This document shows, piece after piece, positions 49,747 to 59,329 of a DNA stretch of 64,000 bases. The DNA comes from Octopus bimaculoides (Eukaryota), in the NCBI RefSeq assembly GCF_001194135.2, contig NC_068981.1, forward strand, positions 134,837,169-134,901,168, in the 5' to 3' direction. Made by a program: the position numbers and the translations under genes. A model generated the notes under the pieces. The model saw nothing but the letters and a program-made list of their open reading frames with translations, had not been told where the DNA came from and ran no database searches. The first letter of the stretch is position 1; each line of letters opens with the position of its first letter.

Positions 49747-51682
49747 CTTTCGATTGCAGGTGCGAACAGTCCGAATGCATCTTTACACATTAACCCAGCT
49801 GTCTTTATTGGTGGTCCTATGGGTAGTCAAATCAACAGAAGCAGCCTTAGCTTTCCCTTTTCTTCTCATCCTTCTTGTACCACTTCGGTTAAAACTGCTC
49901 ACATTTATTTTTACTGAGAAAGAGCTTCATGAGGTAAATATATTTTCATTCTTACAGACTTTTTGCATCAAAACATTTCAACTCATCACATAAACTGATG
50001 GAAACTTTTATTCTTTTACTGGTTTCAGTCATTTGATTGTGGCCATGCTGGAGCACTGCCTTAAAGGGTTTTAGTTGAAGAAATCGACCCGCAGGACTTA
50101 TTCTTTTCTAAGCCCAGTACCTATTCTGTCAGTCACTTATGCTGAACTGCTAAGTTACAGAGACATAAACACACCAAGCAATGGCGGAGGGGGGACAAAC
50201 ACAGACACACATACATGCACACACACACACACACATTGGTCAGCCTGATGCTATGGTAGAAGTCACTTGCCCAAGGTGCTATGCAGTAGGACTGAAACCA
50301 GAACCATGTAGTTGGGAAGCAAGCTTCTTACCACACGGCCACACCCAATATATTTATGTATATATGTCTATGTGTGTATGTATGAGCATCATTGATTTAA
50401 CGTTTGGTCTTTAATGTTATCTTCTCCAGTGCATTGAACCTGTGTTATCTGTCTTAAATTCAATTGCATGGATTAAATGCCAGAACAAACCCTTTACATA
50501 CACTTTGGAATATTTTACTTCAATTTCTATCTCACAGTTAATATTGAATAATAATTATCTCTACACCTAGCCCTCAGAAATAAAATTTATAAATGTCATA
50601 TAGTCAGTAGAAAAACTGCAATCAACTGAGATAAGATTTTCTTCGGGGTCATATTAATCTTGGCTCCTTCAACAGCAGAAAATATACTGCTCATATCAAG
50701 GAACTATCATTGCATCTTACCCTATTCCATGAAAAAGTGGACATTAAAACAATGATGAGGTGATGATACAGTTAAATAAAGTATCGTTACAGTTTGCTCT
50801 TTTTTGTGTATGATTTTCTAAGTCAGTCTTCTTCATAATCTTTGAGCTAATATTATGAGACAGACATTTTGACAAAGCTATTTTGGCATCAATGATTCAA
50901 TGCTGACTTGTTTGACATCAGATGTTTTAGTGTTTCTCTGATTCCCCTCCTTCTCTCTCTCTCTCTCTCCCTCCCTCTCCTCTATTTATGTGTGTAAGCA
51001 TATTTCTTTCTGTGTATGAGGAAAGGGAACGTGTTTATGTCAATCATGTTCATTCAATAGTTGAACAGCCTGTTTGTGAAATTAACGTGCAAGTGGCTGA
51101 GCACTCCACAGACACGTGTACCCGAAACGTAGTTCTCGGGGATATTCAGCGTGACACAGTGTGACAAGGCTGACCCATTGAATTACAGGCACAACAGAAA
51201 CAGGAAGTAAGAGTGAGAGAAAGTTGTGGTGAAAGAGTACAGCAGGATTCGCCACCATCCCCTACCGGAGCCTCGTGGAGCTTTAGGTGTTTTCGTTCAA
51301 TAAACACTCACAATGCCCGGTCTGGGAATCAAAACCGCGATCCTATGACTTCGAGTCCTCTGCCCTGACCACTAGGCCATTGCACCTCCACATCAGAGAA
51401 ATATACCTAGTAGATATAGCAAAAAGATTAGATATGTGTAAATATTGACAGATAAGTACAAAATTTGTAATTTTTAAGTGATCTCATATGAGATCACTGG
51501 TAGGTAATGGGTTAAGCTTCCTAAACTGTTGGTTAGAGTTCTTATAAAGAAAATTGTTGTCTAAACGTGGTTCAATGTTTTTTTTTTTTTCCATTATTTT
51601 TCAGTTGGACAAAGAAGAAGAAGATACTGAAGAAGAAGAAGATGAACCTGATTTCTATCAGTTAGCTCATATGCCAATATAA
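6261..51682 (+). CDS. SLC4A2-like: SLC4 anion exchanger (AE1-3/band 3-like Cl-/HCO3- exchanger), 12 coding exons, 5'-partial
   Basis: 12 GT-AG exons splice in frame (2286 nt, 761 aa + stop). Motifs: [99 protein letters not shown], acidic tail ending MPI. Confidence 0.96.
6902..7040. repeat. 29-bp minisatellite, about 5 units (aacaccctcttatatctgctatcactctc)
   Basis: Unit starts at 6902, 6931, 6960, 6989 and 7018. Confidence 0.9.
7456..7507. repeat. 19-bp tandem repeat, about 3 units (gatatttgtatggttattt)
   Basis: Read directly from the sequence. Confidence 0.85.
7858..8480 (-). pseudogene. Decayed Penelope-like element ORF, N-terminal/RT-proximal part
   Basis: Frameshifted translation LKDIQIP...MCWKTYF...FNFKS*KCPP...[15 protein letters not shown]...NPFQ...YITL...[26 protein letters not shown] parallels the PLE pattern LKNIPIP/MRWKA/FGFKS.PP/AFITLKDH/CRLINP.KSEIG.ISK.ILD.IN (pattern from memory). 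Confidence 0.75.
8564..8609 (-). ncRNA. Minimal type-I hammerhead ribozyme motif (ATAT helix-III variant)
   Basis: GACAC CTGATGA A GGCTGGAGCGTATATTAGCC GAAA TA TT GTGTT. Confidence 0.75.
8685..8759 (-). mobile_element. tRNA-derived head (left arm copy)
   Basis: GGGCATATGGTGCAGTGGTTAAG...CAAGTTCGATTCCAGG; A and B boxes present. Confidence 0.8.
8762..8836 (+). mobile_element. tRNA-derived head with Pol III A box (8769-8779) and B box (8814-8823)
   Basis: TGGTGTAGTGG and GTTCGATTCC at tRNA-like spacing; acceptor and anticodon stems imperfect, so not a tRNA gene. Confidence 0.85.
8906..8951 (+). ncRNA. Minimal type-I hammerhead ribozyme motif
   Basis: GACAT CTGATGA A GGCTGGAGGGTATACTAGCC GAAA CG TT GTGTT: stem I 5 bp, stem II 4-5 bp, ACGT palindrome in place of helix III, GUU cleavage triplet. 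Confidence 0.8.
9298..9691 (+). mobile_element. SINE family B, full length (GGAGTGGCTGTGTGGTAAG head, (aaaagagt)n tail)
   Basis: Near-identical to 46284-46690, 13576-13961 and 27408-27776. Confidence 0.9.
10077..10293. mobile_element. piggyBac-type MITE, family 1
   Basis: TTAA TSDs at 10073-76 and 10294-97; TIR CCCTTTTG(A/T)TAC. Confidence 0.8.
10759..10951 (+). CDS. SLC4A2-like: AE exon 2 in window NFHDVAY...KQMEKE, phase 0/1
   Basis: Acceptor atttttag, donor G|gtacgt; [19 protein letters not shown] motifs. Confidence 0.93.
12284..13566 (+). mobile_element. Full-length mariner (Hsmar1-like, DD34D), transposase pseudogene 12473-13489
   Basis: 23-bp perfect TIR TTAGGTTGTCAAGAAAGTTCTTG, TA TSDs within (TA)n; [21 protein letters not shown] and [10 protein letters not shown] motifs; frameshifts and stops. 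Confidence 0.95.
13576..13961 (+). mobile_element. SINE family B
   Basis: Homologous to 9298-9691. Confidence 0.85.
14028..14182 (-). mobile_element. SINE family B, partial
   Basis: Reverse complement of the head region. Confidence 0.7.
16421..16596. mobile_element. piggyBac-type MITE, family 2
   Basis: TTAA TSDs at 16417-20 and 16597-600; perfect 12-bp TIR CCCTTTAGTGTT. Confidence 0.85.
18342..18986. other. Assembly gap (N), flanked by (TC)n/(TA)n
   Basis: Run of N. Confidence 1.
19927..20146 (+). mobile_element. SINE family A
   Basis: Full head, core and tail. Confidence 0.85.
22990..23200 (-). mobile_element. Repeat family D fragment ('ggaagggcatc...' 3' end)
   Basis: gatgcccttcctgttgccaac is the reverse complement of the family D motif. 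Confidence 0.6.
23225..23385 (-). mobile_element. SINE family B, partial
   Basis: Reverse complement of the head region. Confidence 0.7.
23602..23808 (+). CDS. SLC4A2-like: AE exon 3 (A)LLETKG...FGGLL, TM1, phase 1/1
   Basis: Acceptor ctatttcag, donor G|gtaagt; [22 protein letters not shown] motifs. Confidence 0.93.
24038..24162. repeat. (AAT)n/(ATT)n microsatellite
   Basis: Read directly; explains the spurious poly-Leu/Ile/Asn ORFs. Confidence 0.95.
25134..25170 (-). ncRNA. Minimal hammerhead-like motif, second family, A6U core variant
   Basis: TTTTT CTGTTGA A GAGC GTA GCTC GAAA CG TT AAAGA. Confidence 0.6.
25405..25655 (-). mobile_element. tRNA-derived SINE (family E-like)
   Basis: tRNA-like head at the right end and a 'ctgagtgaactg...gaaatgaag...gctca' core. 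Confidence 0.65.
27117..27331 (+). mobile_element. SINE family A
   Basis: Full head, core and tail. Confidence 0.85.
27408..27776 (+). mobile_element. SINE family B
   Basis: Homologous to 9298-9691. Confidence 0.85.
28466..28847 (+). mobile_element. SINE family C, full length, tRNA-Arg-like head, 12-bp TSD
   Basis: TSD agctatctaatt at 28454-28465 and 28848-28859; TCG anticodon-like loop. Possibly an octopus OR-type SINE (not verified). Confidence 0.9.
29273..29421 (+). CDS. SLC4A2-like: AE exon 4 (A)EKTNG...EQSLYK, TM2-3, phase 1/0
   Basis: Acceptor cctgtttcag, donor AAG|gtaaac; [14 protein letters not shown]. Confidence 0.95.
29507..29680 (+). mobile_element. SINE family B, 5' part
   Basis: Head region only. 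Confidence 0.75.
30380..30860 (+). pseudogene. Decayed Penelope-like element 3' fragment with GIY-YIG endonuclease
   Basis: Frameshifted [16 protein letters not shown] / LIYKSTV / [17 protein letters not shown] / FVWRMK...[13 protein letters not shown]...RCHL. Confidence 0.8.
31505..31658. repeat. Fold-back inverted repeat, 65-bp arms, 24-nt loop
   Basis: Arms 31505-31569 and 31594-31658; 6 mismatches, no indels by hand alignment. Confidence 0.9.
31843..32037 (+). CDS. SLC4A2-like: AE exon 5 FCESND...KKLTD, TM4-5, phase 0/0
   Basis: Acceptor (tc)n-ttttcag, donor GAT|gtaatt; TRFTEEIF and a Lys at the DIDS-site position (IKKL). Confidence 0.95.
32218..32905. other. Assembly gap (N), flanked by (TA)n
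   Basis: Run of N. Confidence 1.
33230..33600 (+). mobile_element. Repeat family D (retroposon with (GAT)n-type tail)
   Basis: aaagcacccactacactc...gtggttggcattaggaagg...catgccagcat...ttaaatgat. Confidence 0.75.
33740..34390 (+). mobile_element. Three head-to-tail SINE family A copies
   Basis: Heads at 33740, 33970 and 34190, joined by (ATT)n tails. Confidence 0.9.
34445..34768 (+). CDS. SLC4A2-like: AE exon 6 IYQKYP...KFLGRS, extracellular loop 3 plus TM6, phase 0/0
   Basis: Acceptor tttttacag, donor AGT|gtaagt; [17 protein letters not shown]. Confidence 0.95.
34855..35210 (+). mobile_element. Repeat family D
   Basis: Shared 3' end and (GAT)n tail. Confidence 0.75.
35388..35746 (+). mobile_element. 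Repeat family D
   Basis: Near-identical 3' half to 48900-49065. Confidence 0.8.
37158..37247 (+). CDS. SLC4A2-like: AE exon 7 ARRALGDFG...DTCTQ, TM7, phase 0/0 (absent from ORF track)
   Basis: Acceptor tttatag, donor CAG|gtaggt; 30 codons; RRALGDFG motif. Confidence 0.93.
37376..37542 (+). CDS. SLC4A2-like: AE exon 8 KLEVSD...FMEVQIT(E), TM8, phase 0/2
   Basis: Acceptor ttttcag, donor GA|gtaagt; RGWFINP, FMEVQIT. Confidence 0.95.
37722..38090 (-). mobile_element. SINE family B, minus strand
   Basis: Reverse complement of the tail and head. Confidence 0.75.
38122..38327 (+). mobile_element. SINE family B, internally deleted
   Basis: Head joined directly to the tail. Confidence 0.8.
38403..38647 (+). 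CDS. SLC4A2-like: AE exon 9 TIMDKK...SILI(G), TM9-11, phase 2/1
   Basis: Acceptor tttttttccag, donor G|gtatgt; [25 protein letters not shown]. Confidence 0.95.
40037..40090 (+). ncRNA. Degenerate hammerhead-like motif, third family
   Basis: TATA CTGAGGA C AGTGA(12 nt)TCACT [aaacca insertion] GAAA CCGA TC TGTG. Confidence 0.35.
40253..41015 (+). mobile_element. Repeat family D, long copy with internal tandem modules
   Basis: Repeated 'acctgttgaggcaagtgaaatcgaaa...actggcacccatgcc' modules, then the family D 3' end and (GAT)n tail. Confidence 0.8.
42200..42545 (-). mobile_element. tRNA-derived SINE (family E)
   Basis: tRNA-like head at the right end; (ctttgcc)n tail at the left. Confidence 0.7.
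42668..42875. mobile_element. piggyBac-type MITE family 1, diverged copy
   Basis: TTAA at 42664-67 and 42876-79; internal similarity to 10077-10293 (aatttatgttc, ttatttaactaaattctt). Confidence 0.65.
43213..43449 (-). mobile_element. SINE family A subfamily, young and CpG-retaining, inserted within a family B copy
   Basis: Family B minus-strand sequence continues on both sides (about 42965-43210 and 43450-43610). Confidence 0.85.
43722..44510 (+). mobile_element. SINE family C-related, interrupted by a hAT element
   Basis: Sequence '...gttgctctagtc | actcagctagc...' resumes after the insertion. Confidence 0.75.
43831..44310. mobile_element. Non-autonomous hAT (Charlie-like) element, 480 bp
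   Basis: 8-bp TSD ctctagtc at 43823-30 and 44311-18; imperfect TIRs CAGAGGTGGGGAAAC / CAGGAGTCGGGAAAC. Confidence 0.85.
45146..45191 (-). ncRNA. Minimal type-I hammerhead ribozyme motif
   Basis: GACAC CTGACGA A GGCTG GAGGGTATAT CAGCC GAAA CG TT GTGTT. Confidence 0.82.
45340..45385 (+). ncRNA. Minimal type-I hammerhead ribozyme motif
   Basis: Same sequence as 45146-45191, on the sense strand. Confidence 0.82.
46178..46804. repeat. About 90-bp inverted arms (46178-46270 and about 46712-46804) enclosing a family B SINE
   Basis: attttattgtgtctggggagagtcattc... versus ...gaatgactctccccagacacaataaaat. Confidence 0.9.
46284..46690 (+). mobile_element. SINE family B, full length
   Basis: Near-identical to 9298-9691. 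Confidence 0.9.
47717..47886 (+). CDS. SLC4A2-like: AE exon 10 (G)SSLSW...YVRR, TM12, phase 1/0
   Basis: Acceptor tttgatag, donor CGG|gtaagt; [25 protein letters not shown]. Confidence 0.95.
48200..49065 (+). mobile_element. Cluster of family D copies (48200-48445, 48700-49065) with a minus-strand family B fragment between
   Basis: Shared family D 3' end. Confidence 0.75.
49760..49933 (+). CDS. SLC4A2-like: AE exon 11 VRTVRMH...KELHE, TM13-14, phase 0/0
   Basis: Acceptor (tc)n...ttgcag, donor GAG|gtaaat; RMHLYT, VKST, AFPF. Confidence 0.95.
50008..50345 (-). mobile_element. SINE family B
   Basis: Reverse complement of the tail and head. Confidence 0.8.
51060..51391 (-). mobile_element. SINE family C, 3'-truncated
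   Basis: Reverse complement of 28466-28800. Confidence 0.88.
51605..51682 (+). CDS. SLC4A2-like: AE terminal exon [25 protein letters not shown]
   Basis: Acceptor tattttttcag; acidic tail starting LD (cf. AE1 LDADD) and ending MPI (cf. AE1/AE2 MPV); TAA at 51680-51682. Confidence 0.92.
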   Translation: MDKEEEDTEEEEDEPDFYQLAHMPI

Positions 51683-51808
51683 GTCTTTAAAAAAACAATC
51701 TATTGTTCCACATGTGTTACTCAGAGAATCCCCTCAGTCTATCTGCTAACTGTTTTTGAAATGTACTGCTGTACAACCCAAGGCAGTTTAACAATAATGC
51801 AGAGATTT

Positions 51809-51839
<31 letters not shown>

Positions 51840-52441
51840 CAAATTCTGTAATAGAATTTTTTAAAAAACATGTCTGATATGATTTTGTTTTTGTTTTTGT
51901 TGGGTTTTTGAAACTTTATTTTTTATGTGAAACTGTCTAAAAACAACAGTAAAAAAAAAAAAGATATAAAAATAAATAAATGAAAGCAAGTAGTATTCTA
52001 GAAGTGAAACTAAAAATAAAGGAATACTAAATGAATGTTTGTTATTCAGCAAAAGAGTAAAAGACTACAGTAAAATGAGAAAACTTAATTTCTTAAATCT
52101 GTAAAGACAAGAGCAAACTTGTTTTGTTTTGAGTGAAAGTATATGTTCTTCCATAAATATGAATAATTAATTGAAAAAAAAAAAAAAAATGAAATTGAAG
52201 ATTATAATTTAGTTATTTAGTGATATTATATTTTCCCGGTTAATTGGAAAATTCTGTGATGCTGAAATGTTGGAAAATTCTTGTCACCAAACAGCAAAAG
52301 ACTTTAGTCGCATAATGAAAAAAAGAAAAAGAAAAAATGATTTTTATAATGTATAGTTGTAGAAATTTTGATATGTTGACTAAATTGTTTATCCAGCTCT
52401 TGTCTTAACAAAGAATAATTCAGTACAATTAAGAAAATAAA

Positions 52442-52481
<40 letters not shown>

Positions 52482-52991
52482 TGATGATGATGATGATGAT
52501 GATGATGATAATAATAATAATCAACAGAAAACTAATAAAGAATGAAGTACTTTTTACCTTTACACCGATTTCCTGAAAATATATAAAAGAAAAAAAAGAA
52601 AAAAAGAAAGAATGGCTGGAAGAAAGCGGAAAAAAGACAAACAAGCAAAAAAAAAAGAACAAGGAAAGAAAGAAAGGAAGAAAGAAAGCAAGAAAGAATG
52701 AACAAATGACAATTTTTTTTTTTTTTTTTAATTAAAAATTCTCTGGATCCTTCCAAAAATAAAACATGTATTCCTCAGTTGAAATTATGAATTTTACTGA
52801 AAAATCTCACCTGCCAACTCTCAGGTGTAAAAACCATTAACAGTTAACTCTGTTAATGTTGAATGCTGTAAACAGCGTAACCTGATGGTTAATAATTTGC
52901 ACATTTTTTTTGCTTTTGCACTGCTGAGTAATTTTGTTCTTAATTTCAACTTGTGTGTGTGTGTGCATGTATGTGTGTGCAGATGCATATA

Positions 52992-53230
52992 CAGGGTGAG
53001 TGAAAAGTAGCACTCTGTTCCTGTTTTTAGGGTTGATATGCGTGACTTCTCAATCGGGAGATACTTTTGACTCCTAATTCTTGTTTTATGGGTTTGGGAT
53101 ATCAAAGAGTATTTACAATATGATACATGATCCAGGTTCAGTAACTTTCAAAACTGTCAGTAATAACCTTTAAAACAACAAAGAAAGGCATAACTTCCCA
53201 GAAACTGGGCGCTACTTTTGACTCACCCTG
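52992..53230. mobile_element. Tc1/mariner-type MITE, 239 bp
   Basis: TA TSDs; TIR CAGGGTGAGT(G/C)AAAAGTAGC. Confidence 0.88.
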
Positions 53231-53905
53231 TATGTGGGCACGGGTGTATGCGTGTTATTTTATTTGTTATTTTTCTTGCCCTTCGTTTTGTTTTTGTTTT
53301 TTTACAATTCTCTTCATCTCAAATCATTTCTTTTCTTCACTTTTTTTTTCTCTCCTCTTCTCTTTGTTCTTTACTTCTTCTCCTCCACTCCCTCTCCCAT
53401 GACTTAACCTTCAAAAGTAAGTCGTTCATTAATTAAAGAGAAATTCTGTTATATCATTCTCTTTGTTTCTCCAAAAACAAGCCAAAGAAGTGATGGTCAT
53501 AATGACTATTGCTGTGGTGGTGGTCATGGTGGGTTAGCTTGCTAAGGGGACATAACTGAAAGAAAAATCATTGTTATAGGATTTTGAGAATTCCCAACCC
53601 CACTCCCTCTTTTATATGTTATTTCCATTCTTATTTTCTTTTCCTCCCCCCTCTCTCTCCCTCTCTCTCTCTTTTTCTCCAAACTTATTCCTTCTGTTGC
53701 TGATTTTTCTAAATTCCATCACCACCACTATACCACCCCTCTGCTTCTATTGATTCCCACCTCCCTCTTTCCCCTATTTGACCACCACTGTTGATTTAAC
53801 TTTTCTTAACATTGACTCTTTTGTGATGCAATGTTTCTGTTTGTATGTATATGTGTGAGTATAATATCTATGTATATTAGATATATATATATGTATGTGC
53901 GTGTG

Positions 53906-53938
<33 letters not shown>

Positions 53939-54073
53939 ATGCCTGTGTCTCTATATGTATGTATCTATATACCCTACTGTATCTTTATATATATATATAT
54001 GTGTGTATGTATGTATGTATGTATTTGCATATATATATATATATATGTATATATGTATCTACACATGTGTATG

Positions 54074-54109
<36 letters not shown>

Positions 54110-54713
54110 CAAACACACATACAATCAAATTTAAAACTACCCCTCCCCCTTTCCTCTCCTCTTCCGTCACCTTGAGTTCTTTGTTGTTTGGATTTATTGA
54201 ATATTTTTTTATTTTGTTATCTTTTCCATAATTGCTTTTTTTTTTTCTTCTTTTTTATACTTTTTTCTTTTACCAACTTTAATCCTTGAGAACCACATGT
54301 TATTGTACTCAGTACCATGTGACCTCCACTCTTGAAAACTCTGTGGTATTGTGCTTGATGCCACAGAAACCAATTTGCACTTTTTGATATGCACAACATT
54401 TTGATAGCAAAAAAAAAAAAAAAATTAAAATAATAATGATATTTTCCTCCCATGTTGTTATTGTTATTATCATAAATACCTGGTCGTTAACATGACCTAA
54501 TTATCATCTTAATTAATCATTGTCATTATCTTCACCATCCTCATCATTCTCCTCAGCTTCAACATTGTCATAATCATCATCATCATCATCTGTCATCATT
54601 TTTATTATTATTATTATTATTATTAATTATTATTACTATTATTGTTTTGTTTCTTTGTTATGAGTGATATAAAAAAATATACATGTTCTACTTTTACTGG
54701 CTAGATACTAACC

Positions 54714-54755
<42 letters not shown>

Positions 54756-55218
54756 GATTATTAATATTAATATTTCTTTTTTTTCTTTTTCTTTTTTTTT
54801 GTCTTAGTCTTTCATCTCTCTCAATCTTGATCTGTTGTTAGTTATGTATGTGTATGCAACAACATCATCAATAACAACAACAATATCAATAACAAAACAA
54901 GTGAATTTGTAAAAAAAAAAAAAAAAAACCTGAAAAATACCAAAGAAAAAATTAAAAAAGACACTTTGAAAGGTTATATGTTGGAATTATGTTGAAATAC
55001 AAATTTGGCTTTTGCATTTTAGAATATTTCTTGCAACTAATGCCTTCCCTACTCCTTCCCCTGCACACACACACACGCATACACCGTTAGAGTTTCTTTC
55101 AAAATCTTATAAACCTTTCTATATTTGCATTTTTATTATTATTATCATTATTATTGTTATTATTATTGTTATTATTATTGTTATTATTATTATTATTGTT
55201 ATTATTATTATTATTAAT

Positions 55219-55790
55219 TCTGCTGAGGTCAGCTATGCCTTTCATTTATTTGGGGTTGAGAAATTAAGTACCAATGAAATACTGGGGTTGGTGTGATCGA
55301 CTATCCCCGCAAATTCCCAGCCTTGTGCCTATAGTAGAAAGGATTATTATTATTATTATTATTATAAAGGCAGCAAGCTGGCAGAATCGTGAGCATGCTG
55401 GGCAAAATGCTTAGCTGCATTTCATCCGTCTTTACATTCAGGGTTCAAGTTCCGCTAAGGTCAACTATGCCTTTCATCCTTTCACACTGGGGTTGATGTA
55501 ATTGACTTAATCCCTTCCCCAAAATTTGAGGCCTTGTGCCTTTAGTAGAAAGGATTATTATTATTATTATTAAGGTGGTGAACTGGCTGAATCGTTAGCA
55601 CATCAGGCAAAATACTTAGCGGCATTTTGTCAATCTTCACACTCTGAGTTCAAATTCCACCAAGGTTGACTTTGCTGTTCATCCTTTCGAGGTTGATAAG
55701 TTAAGTAACACTGAAACACTGGGGTCGATGTAATCAACTAGTTTCCTCCCCAAAAATTTCAGGCCTTGTGCCTTTAGTAGAAAGAATTAT
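55219..55790 (+). mobile_element. Three head-to-tail SINE family A copies
   Basis: Copies at 55219 (5'-truncated), 55367 and 55572, linked by (ATT)n. Confidence 0.88.
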
Positions 55791-57110
55791 TATTATTTTT
55801 ATTATTATTATTATTATTATTTCTGATCTTTTTTAATGCCTTGTCAAAGAAGAAAGGGGCAAGCTCCATGGTGTGACTAGTAGTGGGAGGAAAGAGTCAC
55901 TCTAAAAGCAGTGGGTTGGCTTGAACGCTTGTAATAGAGTTGGTTTTCTTCAAGGACCCACAACTCCTACGATGAACCAGATGGTCATATTGAACAGGGT
56001 GACAGATTAAGTCTACCCAACTCAGAAAAGAAAATGGAATGGTCCTTCCAACAGACTTGCACACATTTTCCTGCTACCAAATCTCACTTACTATATGGAT
56101 TTTGTTACTTTAACCACTGCTCTCTCTTTCTCTCTCTCTCTCTCTCATGATTTACATTGTGTATTTTCTTCCCTGCTTCTGTTTCCAGTCTTTCTTAAAA
56201 TAATTCGTTAATTTGTTTTTGTTTTTTATAATATTGAATCATAGAAATAATAATAATACTTACATTTTTATATTTTGTCACTTTTTTAATGTATGCGTGT
56301 GTACACTTAACACTATGTGTGTGTATGTGTGTGTGTGTGTGCTCCATTCCTTGAAATAAAATTTTTAAATTAACTGTTTCCTTTGAGGTTAGATTATTCT
56401 ATGTTATTCCGTATTATTCCATGATAGTTGGGAGAGAGAATCTAGAATTATTTACATTTCCTGAAAAAGAACAGCATCTAACTTTTCTCTTATTTGTGTC
56501 TTTCTTTCTTACTATCTCTTCCCTCCCTTTACAAAATTTTCTCGACATTTATTGTTGGTCTTCTCTTTGTCTGTCTATTTGTCTATCTGTCTCCCTGTTT
56601 GTTTCTCCATTTAATCAATGGCTGTCTAAAGTTTTGAGTTAATGTCACATGGCAAATCAAGGAAAACAAGTTTTTATTTTTTTTTATTTTATCAATCAAA
56701 CGGCTGTGAACATTGCTGGCTATGGATTAATATACCAAAACAGTTTCAAGATGGAAGACATTAAGGTTTCTTCTCAGGTTATTCAATGTGTTAAGGTTGG
56801 ATTTTGATGCAATGGCTAATGTAAATGACATGACATAAATATTTTCTCTATAATAACATATAATATTTCTCACTCTCTCCCACTCTTTCTCTCTTTTCCC
56901 TTCTCTCTCATGTTTTTGTCTTAAGCAAGAATTTTTTTTCTTCATGACAAACTGCAGTAAAAAGCCTTTTACATAGTTCAAATATCTCTCAAATGTGTTT
57001 GAACTGGTCTTAAGTTTGTTTACTCTTAATCACTGCTTCAAGTATCTACTCATGGGTGTATATATATATGTGTGTGTGTATATTGTGTTAGAGGCACACT
57101 AAGCAGTGTA

Positions 57111-57258
57111 CAGTCATATTTAACAGGTTCTTGTACATTTTGACATAGAAAGACAATACACTGTAAATTGTCTCCTTGGAGAATTTCTTCTCTCAAGACA
57201 ACTTGAAGCATATTGTCTTCTCATGTCCGAATGTGCACAAACATATTAGATATGACTG
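57111..57258. mobile_element. Old fold-back MITE with TA TSD, 148 bp
   Basis: TA-CAGTCATAT...ATATGACTG-TA; degenerate inverted arms of about 55 bp. Confidence 0.7.
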
Positions 57259-58095
57259 TACGTCACTAATATACGTATGATATATTCTCTCCCCCCTATC
57301 TATCTTCCTATCTCCTTGTCTTACTATCTTTAGTGGTGTCACCTGAAATCGTCAATTGTCTGTATCAGAACCTTCCCCCAACCCCATCCATAGAAAAATT
57401 AATATTAATACAATACTTCCTTATTTTATGCCTCTCCTGTTTTGTTACCACCAAAGCCTGAAGTTTTTTTTCTTTCTTTTCCACATAAGAGATCATCTAA
57501 TTTCACCTATTACTGACAATATTTATTCACTAATATTATTGAGCTGTAAACAATGAAAATTATCTTTAAAATACATGGGTTAAAATAGGTTTTGTTTTCT
57601 TTGTTCTTTCCAGTTACATCTAAAGTTATTTGATTTATATTCAGGAGTAATCTCACTTGTTTGGAATCTCATTGTTTGGTTTATCATTCTGAGAAGTTGT
57701 GGGATTCTATTATTCTGTTTAAAGTATTTCAGATTTGAAAACAATATTTCTTCCATTTTAATTTATCAATTTAGTTACTTTTATGAGTTCATGTGGCAGT
57801 TTAAGTAAACAGCATATGTATCATTATCATGTATATATAAAACAAGTATCAAATTCACAGAGCAAAAGGACATGTACAAACATGAACATCATCATCATCA
57901 TCATCATCATCATCTTCAAAATGAACAGAATATGATAAAATCTCATTGTCTGTTCTCCTTATTTCCTACATTTCCTACAGATACTAAACTATGGAATGAG
58001 ATAGTTAGGTGCAGCTGTTTGAATGCTGAGGATTTAGCATGGCTGACTGGAAATTCAGTCTGTTTTGGTGACTGTACTTTTTGGCACTGGAGGCA

Positions 58096-58166
<71 letters not shown>

Positions 58167-59298
58167 GTACACACAGAAATATACACATAAAAAGAAAAAA
58201 GAGCAAGGGAAGGGAGAATTACAATTTATTAATTGAACACCATTGACATAAGCTCATTCCTTCTCCTCATACACATAAAAAAGAAATATACTTGCACATA
58301 TAAACAGAGAGAGAGAGAGAGGGGTGGTGAATAAGAGAAACATTAAAATATCTGGCATCAAATCAGCAATGCCAAATGAACAGTGCCAAAACAGCTGTGC
58401 CAAAATATTTCATACCTACTCAACTACACCCTATTTCTCACTCCATCATTATCAATGATTGTAGAGTTTTTGAACAAACAAGAAATACAATGATGTGGTT
58501 GCTAAAGATTGTATCTAAAGATGTAAAATTCATTTAAATAAGGGAGAATAATTTTTTCTTTTTTTTTTTTGCATCTTTTTAATTAACCAATTCAATGCTT
58601 TGCTCATTTTCTGCTTTTTGTAGCATATAACTTTACAATAATAATAACTACTATTAGCACTGATTTGTTGCTATAAAATTATAAAGCAAGGATTTGAAAG
58701 CATGATTTGAAACTGGCATGTCAATATTCCAGATGCAGAACTGAGTTGCCGTCCTTACTAAGCACAAATGATATTGTTTCATACACAAGCGTAAAGCTAG
58801 ATTTTTGTTGGTTTGGAAGCTTTTCCCAAGAGCATTAGTGACATAACAAAAGAGACATAGTTTTAAATAAAAGCCAAAACCAAGTTTTAGACTTGTTTCA
58901 TTCACCAAGGGCTTCACATCTCATTTCCAATTCCAACAATTAAAAGAAATATTGCTTATTTGACTCATATCACTTATTTCCTCTTTATTTCTTCAGTCTT
59001 ATTAAATCCGCATGTGATCATCAGGTTCTATCTCATTACAGCAGAGTATAAAAAGGTTTGAATTTAAAACATCTGATACACACTATTCACTTCATTTGAG
59101 TATCTATACGTTGCTCTCTTCCACTCTCACTGCATTTTTTTACAACATTTTTATAAATGATATTCATGCCACTGATAAAAATTTACAATCTTTCTTTTTA
59201 TCGTTTCTTTTATTGTTTTTATTAAAATTTCTGGAAACAAGATTAAGCATCCTTTCTTCATAAAAACATTAGCCATAAGCTCTTTCTTTCCCCCTTTA

Positions 59299-59329
<31 letters not shown>

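Noticed and set aside
51971-52020. AATAAA as the AE polyadenylation signal
   Set aside because: Such hexamers are frequent in this AT-rich DNA; cannot be assigned without 3'-end data.
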